From the NCBI GenBank assembly GCA_017472255.1, contig JAFUQU010000014.1, forward strand, positions 357,845-421,844: a stretch of 64,000 nucleotides of DNA, written 5' to 3'. Of the stretch, positions 8,766 through 18,687 are shown one piece after another (the stretch's first letter is position 1; each line of letters opens with the position of its first letter). Source of the DNA: Clostridia bacterium (GTDB taxonomy: Bacteria; Bacillota; Clostridia; Oscillospirales; CAG-272). The position numbers were made by a program, and so were the translations under genes. Below the pieces are notes generated by a model, which had not been told where the DNA came from, ran no database searches, and saw only the letters and a list, made by a program, of their open reading frames with translations.

Positions 8766-9836
8766 ATGATTGATATCAAAATTGAAAGAACGACTGCGCC
8801 TAAGGTTAAGCCCGATCCGGACAAGCTGGGCTTCGGCAACTATTTTACCGACCACATGTTCCTGATGAACTACACCGAGGGTCAGGGCTGGCATGACGCA
8901 CGCATTGTGCCCTACCAGAACTTCTCGCTGGATCCCGCGTCGATGGTATTCCATTACGCACAGGAAATTTTCGAAGGTCTGAAGGCTTACAGAACGCCTG
9001 ACGGACACGTTCAGCTTTTCCGTCCCCAGAAGAACATTCAGCGTATGAACCGCACCAACGATCGTATGTGCATCCCGCGGGTGGACGAGGAAGACGTCCT
9101 CACCGCCCTCAAGACGCTGGTTGAAGTGGACAAGGATTGGGTTCCCAGCAAGGAAGGCACGTCCCTGTACATCCGTCCCTTCATCTTTGCCACCGACGCG
9201 CATCTGGGCGTTCACGTGGCTAAGACCTACATATTCTGCATTATTCTTTCCCCCGTTGGTTCCTACTACGCAGCCGGCATCAACCCGGTGAAGATCTTCG
9301 TGGAGACCGAGTATGTGCGCGCTGTCAAGGGCGGCACCGGCTTCACCAAGTGCGGCGGCAACTACGCGGCATCCCTCATTGGTCAGAAGAAGGCTGAGGA
9401 ACTGGGCTATGCGCAGGTGCTCTGGCTGGATGGCATCGAGCACAAGTACATCGATGAAGTGGGCGCGATGAACGTCTTCTTCGTCATCGACGGTGAGGTA
9501 ATTACACCTACGCTTGAGGCTGGTTCGATTCTGCCGGGCGTTACCCGTATGTCCTGCATCGAGCTGCTCCAGAGCTGGGGTTACAAGGTTACTGAGCGCC
9601 GCCTTGCCATCGCCGAGGTGATTGAGGCTGCCAAGTCCGGTCGCCTGAACGAAGCCTTTGGCACTGGCACCGCAGCTGTTATCAGCCCCATCGGCGAGCT
9701 GAACGACAACGGCGACAAGATGATTGTAAACAATGGCGAGATCGGTCCGATCTCCCAGAAGCTGTACGACAATCTGACCGGCATCCAGTGGGGTCGCATC
9801 CCGGATGACAAGGGCTGGACTGTTCGCGTAGACTGA
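8766..9836 (+). CDS. ilvE: Branched-chain amino acid aminotransferase
   Basis: Class IV aminotransferase motifs (FGNYFTDHMF, EIFEGLKAYR, GGTGFTKCGGNYAASL); 356 aa. Confidence 0.9.
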   Translation: MIDIKIERTTAPKVKPDPDKLGFGNYFTDHMFLMNYTEGQGWHDARIVPYQNFSLDPASMVFHYAQEIFEGLKAYRTPDGHVQLFRPQKNIQRMNRTNDRMCIPRVDEEDVLTALKTLVEVDKDWVPSKEGTSLYIRPFIFATDAHLGVHVAKTYIFCIILSPVGSYYAAGINPVKIFVETEYVRAVKGGTGFTKCGGNYAASLIGQKKAEELGYAQVLWLDGIEHKYIDEVGAMNVFFVIDGEVITPTLEAGSILPGVTRMSCIELLQSWGYKVTERRLAIAEVIEAAKSGRLNEAFGTGTAAVISPIGELNDNGDKMIVNNGEIGPISQKLYDNLTGIQWGRIPDDKGWTVRVD

Positions 9837-9851
9837 GGTTAATTGAATAAA

Positions 9852-9880
9852 CGGCGGCAGTCACTGACTGCCGCCGTTTT
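9852..9880 (+). terminator. Rho-independent terminator of ilvE
   Basis: cggcggcag-tcactga-ctgccgccg followed by TTTT. Confidence 0.8.
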
Positions 9881-9937
9881 GGCAAGGGGGCACTATGGAA
9901 GCGAAGCCTTTGAGCGGGCTGTAAATACATAATAAAT

Positions 9938-10345
9938 ATGGAAACAATCATTGCTGTAGTGGCATATCTGTTTGTTATCTTTGGGTTCCTGTTTATCCCT
10001 TCATTCATTGCATTCGTTTTATGCTATTGTTTTGAGTGGAAGTTCAAACGTGCTGTTCGGGTGCTGCTGGCTGCGTTGGCTATAGAGACAGGGATGATTG
10101 TGTATCTGTCCCAGCATCCGATTTTCATTTGCCCCGGAGAATATCAGGATTATGTGGAGCGTAATGGCGCGCCCACAAGGAGAGGAATATATTCATCGCA
10201 AATTCCGCTCTTTGTGATAGCGAATCAGGTAGAGTATGCTGGAGATGGTGAAGTTCATGTGCGGACATGGTATTTCCCACTTGGCGCTGTGACCATGGGC
10301 GTCGGCAGAGATGGATATTTTCAACTTGAAGGTTTATTTGAATAG
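9938..10345 (+). CDS. Hypothetical small membrane protein (2 predicted TM helices)
   Basis: ORF in a locally AT-richer stretch; hydrophobic N-terminus; no recognisable domain. Confidence 0.35.
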   Translation: METIIAVVAYLFVIFGFLFIPSFIAFVLCYCFEWKFKRAVRVLLAALAIETGMIVYLSQHPIFICPGEYQDYVERNGAPTRRGIYSSQIPLFVIANQVEYAGDGEVHVRTWYFPLGAVTMGVGRDGYFQLEGLFE

Positions 10346-10379
10346 CGAAAAGGACGCGCATCGCGCGTCCTTTTCGTAT

Positions 10380-11090
10380 TTACTCCAGTGCCTGACCGGC
10401 TCTTGCCGGGTCGTAGCCGCAGACCTCCGCCATCAGATCGATCAGCGTCCGTCCATCCTCTGCCAGCGCGTCGAGGGTAGTATCCGCGCGCAGCTTGCCC
10501 CGGTGAAGAATCACTGCCCGATCGAGAAAACCCGAGATTTCGCTGATTTCGTGGGTGGCGATGAGCAGTGTCTCGCCGTCCAGCATGGATGCCGCCAGCT
10601 TCAGAAAATCCCGGCGGGTGAAGATGTCCTTGCCCAGAAAAGGCTCATCCATCAGCAGATATTTCGCTCCCTTGGAGAAGCCGATGACTGTTTCCAGCTT
10701 GGCACGCTGTCCCTTGGACATGGCATAGGCTTTTTTGTCTAGCGGCAGATCAAAGAACTTCATCAGCCGGCAGAATCGCTCGCCGTCAAAGCGGGGATAG
10801 AATTTTTCCAGAAACCGCATATGTCCCCGCCCGTCCAGCGACGGAAACCAGCTGCCCGCTTCCGAGATATAGGCGATATCCGCCAGCATCTTTTCGGGCG
10901 GCTGACCGTCGATGGTGACGCTGCCGTTGGTGGGAGCGATCAGCCCGGCGATAATCCGCAGCAGCGTGGATTTGCCCGCGCCGTTGACGCCCAGCACACC
11001 TACTACTTCGCCGTCCGGGATGGTCAGCTTGATGCCCTCCAAGCCGATGGATTCCTTATAATATTTGTCAAGCGCATGACAGATGATCAT
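10380..11090 (-). CDS. ABC transporter ATP-binding protein (YtrB-like, ABC-2 subfamily)
   Basis: Walker A GVNGAGKST, signature MSKGQRAKL, Walker B LLMDEP; start overlaps the stop of the upstream paralog (ATGA). Confidence 0.85.
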   Translation of the reverse strand: MIICHALDKYYKESIGLEGIKLTIPDGEVVGVLGVNGAGKSTLLRIIAGLIAPTNGSVTIDGQPPEKMLADIAYISEAGSWFPSLDGRGHMRFLEKFYPRFDGERFCRLMKFFDLPLDKKAYAMSKGQRAKLETVIGFSKGAKYLLMDEPFLGKDIFTRRDFLKLAASMLDGETLLIATHEISEISGFLDRAVILHRGKLRADTTLDALAEDGRTLIDLMAEVCGYDPARAGQALE

Positions 11091-12595
11091 GGTTCCTTGC
11101 TCCTTTCAAGAAAAAGCTGCACATATTGATAGTCTCCGCTGCCGCCGGAAAAGCTGGCGGTGAAGGGATGAAGATTCATAGCCACCCCGCCGTTTTTGTC
11201 CATAACCGAAACCGAGACCACGTAACCGATGGCGCCGCCTCCGTACTCGGTCAGCAGTCCGGCGTAGGTTTCGCCGGAGACGCCTCCGGCATCCACACGA
11301 AGCCAGGTCTTATAATCGGACAAATCCAGCACATACAACCGTTCGCCGTCCCACAGCGCGTCCCAGGAGGGGCGCAGGTATTCGACCAGCCGATAGTCGG
11401 TGTAAACACCGATTGGATATTCCCACGCCGTATCGCCGTATGCCAGCAGCTTGCCTGTGTCCGGTGAAAGGGCGGCGTAATACGCATGGTCGGCGGTCAG
11501 CACGCGGAAGACGGCGGCGTTATCGTCGGCCATGATGGCGGAGGTGTCCAAGATTTCGTCGTCAAGCGTCCACGTCATGCCCGGCTTGCCCGATAATCCC
11601 TCGGCGAGGACGGACAGGTGCAGGCTGTCCCCGTCCCGGATTGCGCAGAGGGCTCGTCCGTGGTCGGCGCTGAACCACTCCAGCGTTCCGGCGGTGTCCT
11701 CGGGGAAGGTATAGATACGTTTGGTGCCGATATAGTCGTCCGTTGTATCAATTTCCGTGACCCAGACCGCCGCGCCTCCAATCCGGTCGGCACACAGCAG
11801 GTCAACGCTGGTCAGCCGATAACTGCGGCTTCCGGTTCTCTCCGACCAGAGAAAGTCTGTCGGATCGATTTCCTCACCGTTGATGGTGATGTAGACGGTT
11901 GTCGTATAATCATACGCCAGCGGATCGGGTTCTTCGAGAAAGTTGTCGGTACGCTGGGGCGGGAACCATACCCGGATATCGCCGTATTCCTCAGCAGTGA
12001 TGGTGCGCGGCTCACCCAGCGGGGTGGCATTTTTGTAACCGTAGGATGCCAGTTCGCCCAGCGAATGAAACCCATGCAGCGCAAGCTGAACGTTCACCTT
12101 GTCGATGGTGTAGCATTCCGTCCAGTAGGTACCGGCAACACCGTCGATGACACCTTCCAGAATGGGGTAGTCCGGGTTGAGATCGCCGACTCGCGTCATT
12201 TTTGCATCCTCCGGAATGAATGCGATGATGAATGGCTTCTGACCGATAGCATAGCCACGGATGTTGTTGAATAAGCTCCAGACACCCTCTGTCAGATGTC
12301 CGCAGTAATCTGCGGCCGCTTGCCCGCCCAGCTGACGGACGATGACGGTTTCGCCGCCGGTGACGCGGAATTCACAGCCCCAATCGTTGCCGGTGTCGCT
12401 ATCCCGGCTGTATGGGTCATAGTAGTATGGGTCATAGAAGCTGCCCCGGATGGCGATGCTGTCCAGCAGTCCGCCGCAGTCATCCAGCGTGAGGGTAGTG
12501 AAGCTGCGATAACCCGCACCGAACAGTCCGCACACCAGCCCCAACACAATTGCAATTGCAATCAGCGGGAGAAAAGCCTGAATATTTTGTCTCAT
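11087..12595 (-). CDS. Exported or membrane-anchored protein of unknown family, paralog 1 of 3
   Basis: N-terminal TM anchor, DDCGGLLD motif, conserved LGEPRTITAEEYG, GKLLAYG, DALWDGERLYVLD, and C-terminal YGGGAIGYVVSVSVMDKNGGVAMNLHP motifs shared with the two upstream genes. Confidence 0.6.
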   Translation of the reverse strand: MRQNIQAFLPLIAIAIVLGLVCGLFGAGYRSFTTLTLDDCGGLLDSIAIRGSFYDPYYYDPYSRDSDTGNDWGCEFRVTGGETVIVRQLGGQAAADYCGHLTEGVWSLFNNIRGYAIGQKPFIIAFIPEDAKMTRVGDLNPDYPILEGVIDGVAGTYWTECYTIDKVNVQLALHGFHSLGELASYGYKNATPLGEPRTITAEEYGDIRVWFPPQRTDNFLEEPDPLAYDYTTTVYITINGEEIDPTDFLWSERTGSRSYRLTSVDLLCADRIGGAAVWVTEIDTTDDYIGTKRIYTFPEDTAGTLEWFSADHGRALCAIRDGDSLHLSVLAEGLSGKPGMTWTLDDEILDTSAIMADDNAAVFRVLTADHAYYAALSPDTGKLLAYGDTAWEYPIGVYTDYRLVEYLRPSWDALWDGERLYVLDLSDYKTWLRVDAGGVSGETYAGLLTEYGGGAIGYVVSVSVMDKNGGVAMNLHPFTASFSGGSGDYQYVQLFLERSKEP

Positions 12596-14055
12596 GATTC
12601 GTTTTCTACCTCAAAATATAGCTGCACATATTGACCGCTGCCGCTGGAGCCGGAAAAATTGGCGGTGATGGGGTGCAGTCCCATGGCGATTTCGCCGTCC
12701 TTATCCATGACCGAAATCGAAACCGCATGACCAATGACGCCGCCGCCATAAAGCGCCAATCGTTCCTGATTATCGGTGTTTGTTGAATAAAGCTGGCATT
12801 CATAGTCCGAGCGGTCGAGGACATACAGCCGCTCGCCGTCCCAGAGGGCGTCGAAGCCGGGGACGCTGCTGTTGTAGTTCAGCAATCGGCTGTCGAATGC
12901 AAAGGGTGTGCTTCCGTATGCCAGCAGCTTGCCGGAGGCGGGGTCAACGGCGGCGTAGGTGACGGTGTCGTAGTTGGTGGATATCCGCATACAGACCGCG
13001 CCGTTTGAGACGAGAGAGGCGACGGATGCGTCTTCAACGCCGTACAGGGTCAGAACCCTGACCGGGCTTTTCCCGCAGGACAGGGCGCGCAGCTCCAGCA
13101 TATCGCCGTCCCGAACCGCACAGACGGCGGCGTTTTCTCCGTTGGTGTAAATCCCCGCCAGCGACAGCTTTTCGTTATCCTCAAAGGCGGCAATCCGTTC
13201 GGTGGATATGACCTTCCTGTCCGCATCCAGCGTCGTGACCCACACCGACGCGCTGCCGATATTGTCCGTGGTCAGCGCGTCCACATGGGTGACGGCATAG
13301 CCGCCCTTCGTTTTCTCGGCAAAGACTGCGCCATGCGGCAGCTCGCTGATGTCGCCGATTGAGAACCACGCCGTCCATTCGGTGTTATAGGAGACGTAGG
13401 GGTAGCCGCTCTTCGGCACGGTTTTGCTGTAGTCGAAGTATGGAGCCATCCAGACAGTCAGCTTGCCGTATTCCTCGGCGGTGACGGTGCGCGGCTCGCC
13501 CAGCAGAATCAGATCAAGCTGCTCGGGGGTGTATTCGATCAGGTTTTCCAGCGAACCACGGGACAGGGCGTATTGATACGTCAGCTTGTCGGCGGTGTAG
13601 CCCTTGGCGCGGAAGCCGTCGAGGACGGTTTCGCCGTCCCTGTCCACGCTGCCGTAGCAATAGGGCAGATCGGGGTAAACATTGTCGATGGGGGTCAGCG
13701 TGGCGTCGTCCGGAACGGTAACGACGGCGATAAGACTGCGATTAAGGATGTCGCGGACGGTGGAACTGCTCCAGATGGCAGAATTCATGCCGTAATAGGA
13801 TTTCAGCTCCTTCCACTGCACATGAGTTTCTGCTTTAACCGTCTCCCCGGCGTTCAGCTTGAAGCTGCATCCGTAACTGCCGGACTGGTAAAATCGTCCG
13901 CTGACGGCGAGACCGTCCAACAGCCCGCCGCAGTCATCGAAGGCAACGGTAAAGGCGTAGTCACTGTAGCCCACTGCCAGCAGACTTACGGTCAACACCA
14001 TGACCAGAATCAGGGCAAGAATCGGAAAAAGTGCGTGAAGCCAGTATTTTTTCAT
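12592..14055 (-). CDS. Exported or membrane-anchored protein of unknown family, paralog 2 of 3
   Basis: Same architecture and motifs as 11087-12595; start chosen at MKKYW (RBS AAGGAGA upstream); alternative ATG at 14061. Confidence 0.6.
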   Translation of the reverse strand: MKKYWLHALFPILALILVMVLTVSLLAVGYSDYAFTVAFDDCGGLLDGLAVSGRFYQSGSYGCSFKLNAGETVKAETHVQWKELKSYYGMNSAIWSSSTVRDILNRSLIAVVTVPDDATLTPIDNVYPDLPYCYGSVDRDGETVLDGFRAKGYTADKLTYQYALSRGSLENLIEYTPEQLDLILLGEPRTVTAEEYGKLTVWMAPYFDYSKTVPKSGYPYVSYNTEWTAWFSIGDISELPHGAVFAEKTKGGYAVTHVDALTTDNIGSASVWVTTLDADRKVISTERIAAFEDNEKLSLAGIYTNGENAAVCAVRDGDMLELRALSCGKSPVRVLTLYGVEDASVASLVSNGAVCMRISTNYDTVTYAAVDPASGKLLAYGSTPFAFDSRLLNYNSSVPGFDALWDGERLYVLDRSDYECQLYSTNTDNQERLALYGGGVIGHAVSISVMDKDGEIAMGLHPITANFSGSSGSGQYVQLYFEVENES

Positions 14056-14066
14056 GAACATTCTCC

Positions 14067-15486
14067 TTAATCGGCGAAGCGGACGATGAACCGCTGGGCT
14101 GAGCCGTTATTGCCCGAATAGAGGGTGTTGAGCGGATGGAGGTTCATGGACACTTCGCCGTCGGCGTCCATCACCGACAAAGTGACGAAGTATCCGGTCA
14201 TGCCGCCGCCGTATCGTGTGAGCATATCCTGATCGCTCCATTCGGGAGTGGAGGGGTAATCATACTGCAGGGCGGTGGAGAAGTGGTATTCGGCGTTGTC
14301 GAGGACGTAGAGCCTGTCATGAAGCCACAGCGCGTCGAAATCCTGTTCCGTTCCGGTCAGCGTGTAGCCCCGGTGGTAAACGTTGGTCAGCTCGGTTTTG
14401 CCGTGAGCCAGCAGGCTGCCGTCGGTCATGGACAGGGCGAAATACTGCGCCTCCTCCTCGTAGGACACGCCGCCGTACATCCGCCGGACACGGAAGCAGG
14501 CCGCGCCGTTTGAGAGGACCGCACGAACCGTGGGGGCGTAATACTCCTCGACGGCGGTGGGAATGTTGTACGGCTCACAGGGCTGACCGTCGGCAAAGAT
14601 TTGCAGGATGATAGCGTTGTCCGAACGGACGGCGGTGAGCAGATTCTTGCCTTCAGCGCTGAACCAGAGTAAGGTTTGCGGGCTGTCGTAGTTGATTTCG
14701 GTCAGCAGCCAGCTGCCGACCGGTGTGGTTCCCACGATATCGGTGACGCGCACATCGGCGTGCAGGCAGTCGTGGCTGTCCCAGAGGTAGCAGCGCATAC
14801 CGCTGCCGGTGTATTCGATGTAGGCGATGCGGTCTTCAAAGGAGGTATCATCGGTGTAAAAAGGCTTTCCTGCGGCAAAGCTCTGAATCTTGCTGTAATC
14901 GACGGCAACAGTGTGACCGCCGCCCTCCCAATCCGGGAGTATATCCAGCGCGTAGCGGATGTACAGCGGCTGTCCCTCATCATCCTCGGTGAGTGTACGT
15001 GGTTCGGCGAGAGGGATTTCCTTCTTTTTTGTACTGTCTGTCAGATAGTATTGATATGTGACGGCAGACACCTGATAATAGTCATCATAGTAGAGATTTC
15101 CCTCATAGGAAAAAGCTATAGGCAGATTGTACGCGGCGGGATCGATCTGCGTCAGCTCTGCACCCTCCGGCAGAGTGATGCGGCATTCCAGAAACCAGCC
15201 GGAAGCGCCGTTTGCTGACAGCACGCCGTCGGTGTAGAACTTCGATTCGTCGGACATGACTGCGGCGTGGGCGCTGCCGCCGAAGGAAACAGTGGTGTCA
15301 TAGCGCAGCTTGTCGAAGCTGTCGTAATATTCCAGCTCCAGGGACACATTCTCCAGTCCATCCACGGCGGTGAGATAAGCGGGGAAGGCGTAGCTTGTGT
15401 AGCCGACAGTTATGCAGCCGATAAACAGCGCCAGAGTCAGCGCCGCTGTCAGAATCGGCAGGGACGCGGTGAACAGATGCTTCATG
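14067..15486 (-). CDS. Exported or membrane-anchored protein of unknown family, paralog 3 of 3 (most divergent)
   Basis: Signal/anchor MKHLFTASLPILTAALTLALFIGC; shares LAEPRTLTEDDEG, DALWLHDRLYVLD, YGGGMTGYFVTLSVMDADGEVSMNLHP; track ORF trimmed by 101 codons to the first plausible start. Confidence 0.55.
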
Positions 15487-15496
15487 GCGGTAAGCC

Positions 15497-16264
15497 TCAC
15501 AGGGTATCGCCGCGGCGGATAAGGCTGCAGGCTTTCCATCCGGCGATGGCTGCTAAAACAAGCGCGGCGAAGATCAGTACGGGAATCACATCCGCCGTTC
15601 CCAAAGCGCAGAGCAGGATGAAGCCTGCGGCAAGAGCAAGTCCCGACCAGCGGCGGGCCATCACGGACAGGGCGGCACAGAGGGTGACGGCGGGTGCGCC
15701 AAGGTGGACGGTCAGCATAAAGAGCCATTCTCCGGCGGTGCGGGGAAGGACGAAGTGCAGGAATTCGTCCCGCAGGAATGCCAGCCATACGGCGTTCGGT
15801 TCCACATAGACGGTGTAAGTCACCCTCTCACGCAGGGAGGTCAGCGCGGCGTAAAGCTGCTCATAAGCCAGCCGGACGCTGATATGCTGTGCGGCACTCA
15901 GCAGCAGAAGGGTCATCACGCCGCCGACGAGATAAGCGATGAACACCCAAACCCGGCTCACCGGAACCGTGTACAGGCTGAGCACCGATCGGGAGATCAG
16001 ATAGCGGCGAAGCACTGACGCGGTCAACAGCGCCATCAGCAGCACGACGGCGGCGACATAGACGCCCGCGAAGCCGCTTTGATCGATCATTGTGGAAAAG
16101 AGGACATAGCGCAGTTCCAGCGAACCTGCGCTGTCGAGCTGCAAGGCAAACATGAGCTGCTGTACGACAATCAGCGCGGCGGAGACGGCGAGCCCGGCGA
16201 TCAGCAGATCGCGCATAAGAAATTCGCAGAGCAGGAGCGGACGCTTGATGGTTTCGTTTTTCAT
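15497..16264 (-). CDS. Polytopic membrane protein (about 6 TM; possible ABC-2-type permease partner)
   Basis: Hydrophobic segments throughout; lies between the GntR regulator and the paralog triplet; start at MKNETIKRP. Confidence 0.5.
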   Translation of the reverse strand: MKNETIKRPLLLCEFLMRDLLIAGLAVSAALIVVQQLMFALQLDSAGSLELRYVLFSTMIDQSGFAGVYVAAVVLLMALLTASVLRRYLISRSVLSLYTVPVSRVWVFIAYLVGGVMTLLLLSAAQHISVRLAYEQLYAALTSLRERVTYTVYVEPNAVWLAFLRDEFLHFVLPRTAGEWLFMLTVHLGAPAVTLCAALSVMARRWSGLALAAGFILLCALGTADVIPVLIFAALVLAAIAGWKACSLIRRGDTL

Positions 16265-16326
16265 GGTAATTTCCAGCCTTTCGTGGGTAAAGTGTGTGGT
16301 TTGATTCATACGGTGTGTCGGCGGAT

Positions 16327-16707
16327 TCAATCCTTCCAGTTGTCGCCCAGCAGCTGTACCGCCGAGCGGAAGTCCAGCCCCAGGTCGCGCAGACGGTTGA
16401 CATAAATCTGCGCCGCCTCATGCGCCAGTCCTTCGCGGATGGCGTCCACCGTTTCATCGGACGCGCAGAGGACGCTGCCCGAGCCTGGCTGACTGGCGAG
16501 AATGCCCTCATCCTCTAATATTTTATATGCTTTCTGAACGGTGTTTGGGTTGATTTCCAGCTGAACCGCCAGCTCCCGCCTGCTGGGCAGGGGATCGCCC
16601 CGGTGCAGCTGACCAGCTGCCAGCCGTGATTTTACCTGCCGCACGATGGACAGGTAGACCGGCTCACTGCCGTCCGGACGCTCGAATTCAATGCCGCTGT
16701 GTGCCAT
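16327..16707 (-). CDS. GntR-family transcriptional regulator (YtrA-like, short)
   Basis: Winged HTH: LPSRRELAVQLEINPNTVQKAYKILEDEGIL; 126 aa; first gene of the minus-strand operon. Confidence 0.8.
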   Translation of the reverse strand: MAHSGIEFERPDGSEPVYLSIVRQVKSRLAAGQLHRGDPLPSRRELAVQLEINPNTVQKAYKILEDEGILASQPGSGSVLCASDETVDAIREGLAHEAAQIYVNRLRDLGLDFRSAVQLLGDNWKD

Positions 16708-16805
16708 GCGCTCACCTCTCTTGTAACTGTATTATATCAGCAATACGGTTCCTTGTCAATAGGTTTGCAGAATTTTTCTAAGGAAATTTTTTCTGCGCAA
16801 CGGTG

Positions 16806-16834
16806 TTGACAAGACGAATGAAGCGTGATATACT
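16806..16834 (+). promoter_or_regulatory. Promoter of the SGNH hydrolase gene (TTGACA-17-TATACT)
   Basis: TTGACA 16806-16811; TATACT 16829-16834; RBS AAAGGAG before ATG 16865. Confidence 0.55.
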
Positions 16835-16864
16835 ATTAAAAAATCACATGAAAGGAGCAGCTTC

Positions 16865-17983
16865 ATGTTCAAAAAATATGTTTCCAACACGGCTGCCGGT
16901 ACCGGCACCAACTTCATTCTGCTTTATGACAAGCCCACACGTCTGCGCGCGCGGATTTACTTCCGACCGGAGGTCTTCGGCGATTTTAACTGGCGCTTTT
17001 ACTACGTCAATTCGGTGAACAGCACCTTCGGCGATGGAGATGTTGCGCAGCGCAATCGCAGCGGCGGAAGCTGGCGCATTCTGTCTGCGGCGATTGCCGA
17101 CGGCGGCGTCATCGATGGTCCGGAGGTTGTTCCCGGCGAGCTGGAGCTGTTGCCGGTTACATACGACGGCAGCACATCCCGGAACGTTCAGCCTGATGAG
17201 GCGTTCTGGAGCGATCCGGTGAAGCTGAATATCCCCGACGGACACTACATCGCCTTTGAATGGGAGCTGGAGGGCGATGCAATCCCCTGCACGCCGGACA
17301 GTCGTACCGCCGCGTTCATCGATATGGGCGGAGGCTGGACAACCGGTGATCACTTCGACTGCCCCATGCCGGCGCTGATCGGCTGCGACAGACCGTACAA
17401 AAAGCGTGTCGCCTTTGTGGGCGATTCGATCACCCAGGGCTGCGGCACGCGCAAGAATTATTATGAGAACTGGGTTCATCGTATTGCCGCCATGCTCCAG
17501 CCCGATTATGCCGTTTGGAATCTGGGGCTGGGATTTGCGCGCTGTGATGACGCGGCGACCGACGGCTGTTGGCTGAATAAGGTGAAGCAGAGCGATGTGG
17601 TGGTTGTCACCTGCGGCACCAACGATCTGCTGCGGGGTCCGCTGGGATTGGGGCGTCCTTCCACTGCGGGCGAGCTGTGCGCCAATTTGCAGAAAATCGT
17701 AAAGGCGTTGAAAGAAGCGGGGGCAGAGGTTATTCTGTCCATCATTCCACCCTTCTCCTACAGTGAAAAATCTGTGCTGGAATGGCGGGCATTCAATCTG
17801 GCGATTCCGTCCATCGCGGCTCAATACGGCTGCCGCGTGTTCGATCTGGACGGCGCCATCGAGGGAGACAGCAATCTGGACTGCCGCTATCCCTACGGCG
17901 CTCATCCGGATGGCGAGGGCGGACGGGTCATTGCGGAAAAATTCTATGAGACTTTCCATATTGACAGCGGATGGAATCTGTAA
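16865..17983 (+). CDS. SGNH/GDSL hydrolase (carbohydrate esterase-like) with N-terminal beta-sandwich domain
   Basis: Block I VAFVGDSITQG, block III CGTNDL, catalytic DxxH near C-terminus (HPDGEGG). Confidence 0.7.
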   Translation: MFKKYVSNTAAGTGTNFILLYDKPTRLRARIYFRPEVFGDFNWRFYYVNSVNSTFGDGDVAQRNRSGGSWRILSAAIADGGVIDGPEVVPGELELLPVTYDGSTSRNVQPDEAFWSDPVKLNIPDGHYIAFEWELEGDAIPCTPDSRTAAFIDMGGGWTTGDHFDCPMPALIGCDRPYKKRVAFVGDSITQGCGTRKNYYENWVHRIAAMLQPDYAVWNLGLGFARCDDAATDGCWLNKVKQSDVVVVTCGTNDLLRGPLGLGRPSTAGELCANLQKIVKALKEAGAEVILSIIPPFSYSEKSVLEWRAFNLAIPSIAAQYGCRVFDLDGAIEGDSNLDCRYPYGAHPDGEGGRVIAEKFYETFHIDSGWNL

Positions 17984-17995
17984 GGGGGAATTTCT

Positions 17996-18613
17996 ATGGT
18001 ATACTATATCGATTTTCAGCCGAAGACCACCTCACGCGTCCACGAGGCAACCGAGTGGTCGATCACTTATACATACAACGCGCCCGACACAACACTGCCC
18101 CGTGTGCTGCTCATTGGCGATTCAATCTGCAACGCCTATCAGGCGCGGGTGAGAGACAAACTGGACGGGAAGGTGAACGTTTCCTTCTGGGCAAGCTCCA
18201 AGTGCGTCACCGACCGGGAGTATTTCCGGGAGCTGGATTTCATGCTGGGCGCGTATCAATATGACGTTGTGACCTTCAACAACGGTCTGCACAGCCTTGG
18301 AACCAACCGCGCCGAGTGGGAAGCCGCGTACACCGCTGTATTGCGCTTCATCCGCGCAAAGCTGCCCGACGCGAAGCTGCTGCTGGTTTCCACCACGCCG
18401 CTGAAGGATTCACGGCTGACCGCCGTCTCCGCCGAGCTGGCTGATTATGCGAAGAAGACCGCCGTCTCACAGGGGCTGGGCTTTATCAATCTGTTTGCCG
18501 CCTTCATGCCGCTGGATCGGGAGCTGTACTGGTCGGACACCTACCACTTCAAGCCCTCCGCGGTGAATATGCAGGCGGAGATCATTGCCGGACGGGTCAG
18601 GGAAGCGTTGTAA
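17996..18613 (+). CDS. SGNH/GDSL hydrolase
   Basis: VLLIGDSICNAY block I; GNGLHSL block; DTYHF catalytic His. Confidence 0.7.
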   Translation: MVYYIDFQPKTTSRVHEATEWSITYTYNAPDTTLPRVLLIGDSICNAYQARVRDKLDGKVNVSFWASSKCVTDREYFRELDFMLGAYQYDVVTFNNGLHSLGTNRAEWEAAYTAVLRFIRAKLPDAKLLLVSTTPLKDSRLTAVSAELADYAKKTAVSQGLGFINLFAAFMPLDRELYWSDTYHFKPSAVNMQAEIIAGRVREAL

Positions 18614-18630
18614 GAAAAACTGCATAAAAA

Positions 18631-18672
18631 CAATCAGCTTCAGCCGCGCTTATGCGCGGCTGAAGCTGATTG
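18631..18672. terminator. Bidirectional terminator, 19-bp perfect stem (shares a 22-nt core with the hairpin at 63401-63422)
   Basis: caatcagcttcagccgcgc-ttat-gcgcggctgaagctgattg; T-rich flank on the minus strand. Confidence 0.7.
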
Positions 18673-18687
18673 TGTGATGTGTGCGTT

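Noticed and set aside
9900-10350. AT-richer stretch after ilvE as a possible horizontally acquired islet
   Set aside because: Only about 450 bp, encodes one small membrane protein, and has no flanking repeats or mobility genes. The composition is explained by hydrophobic codon bias.
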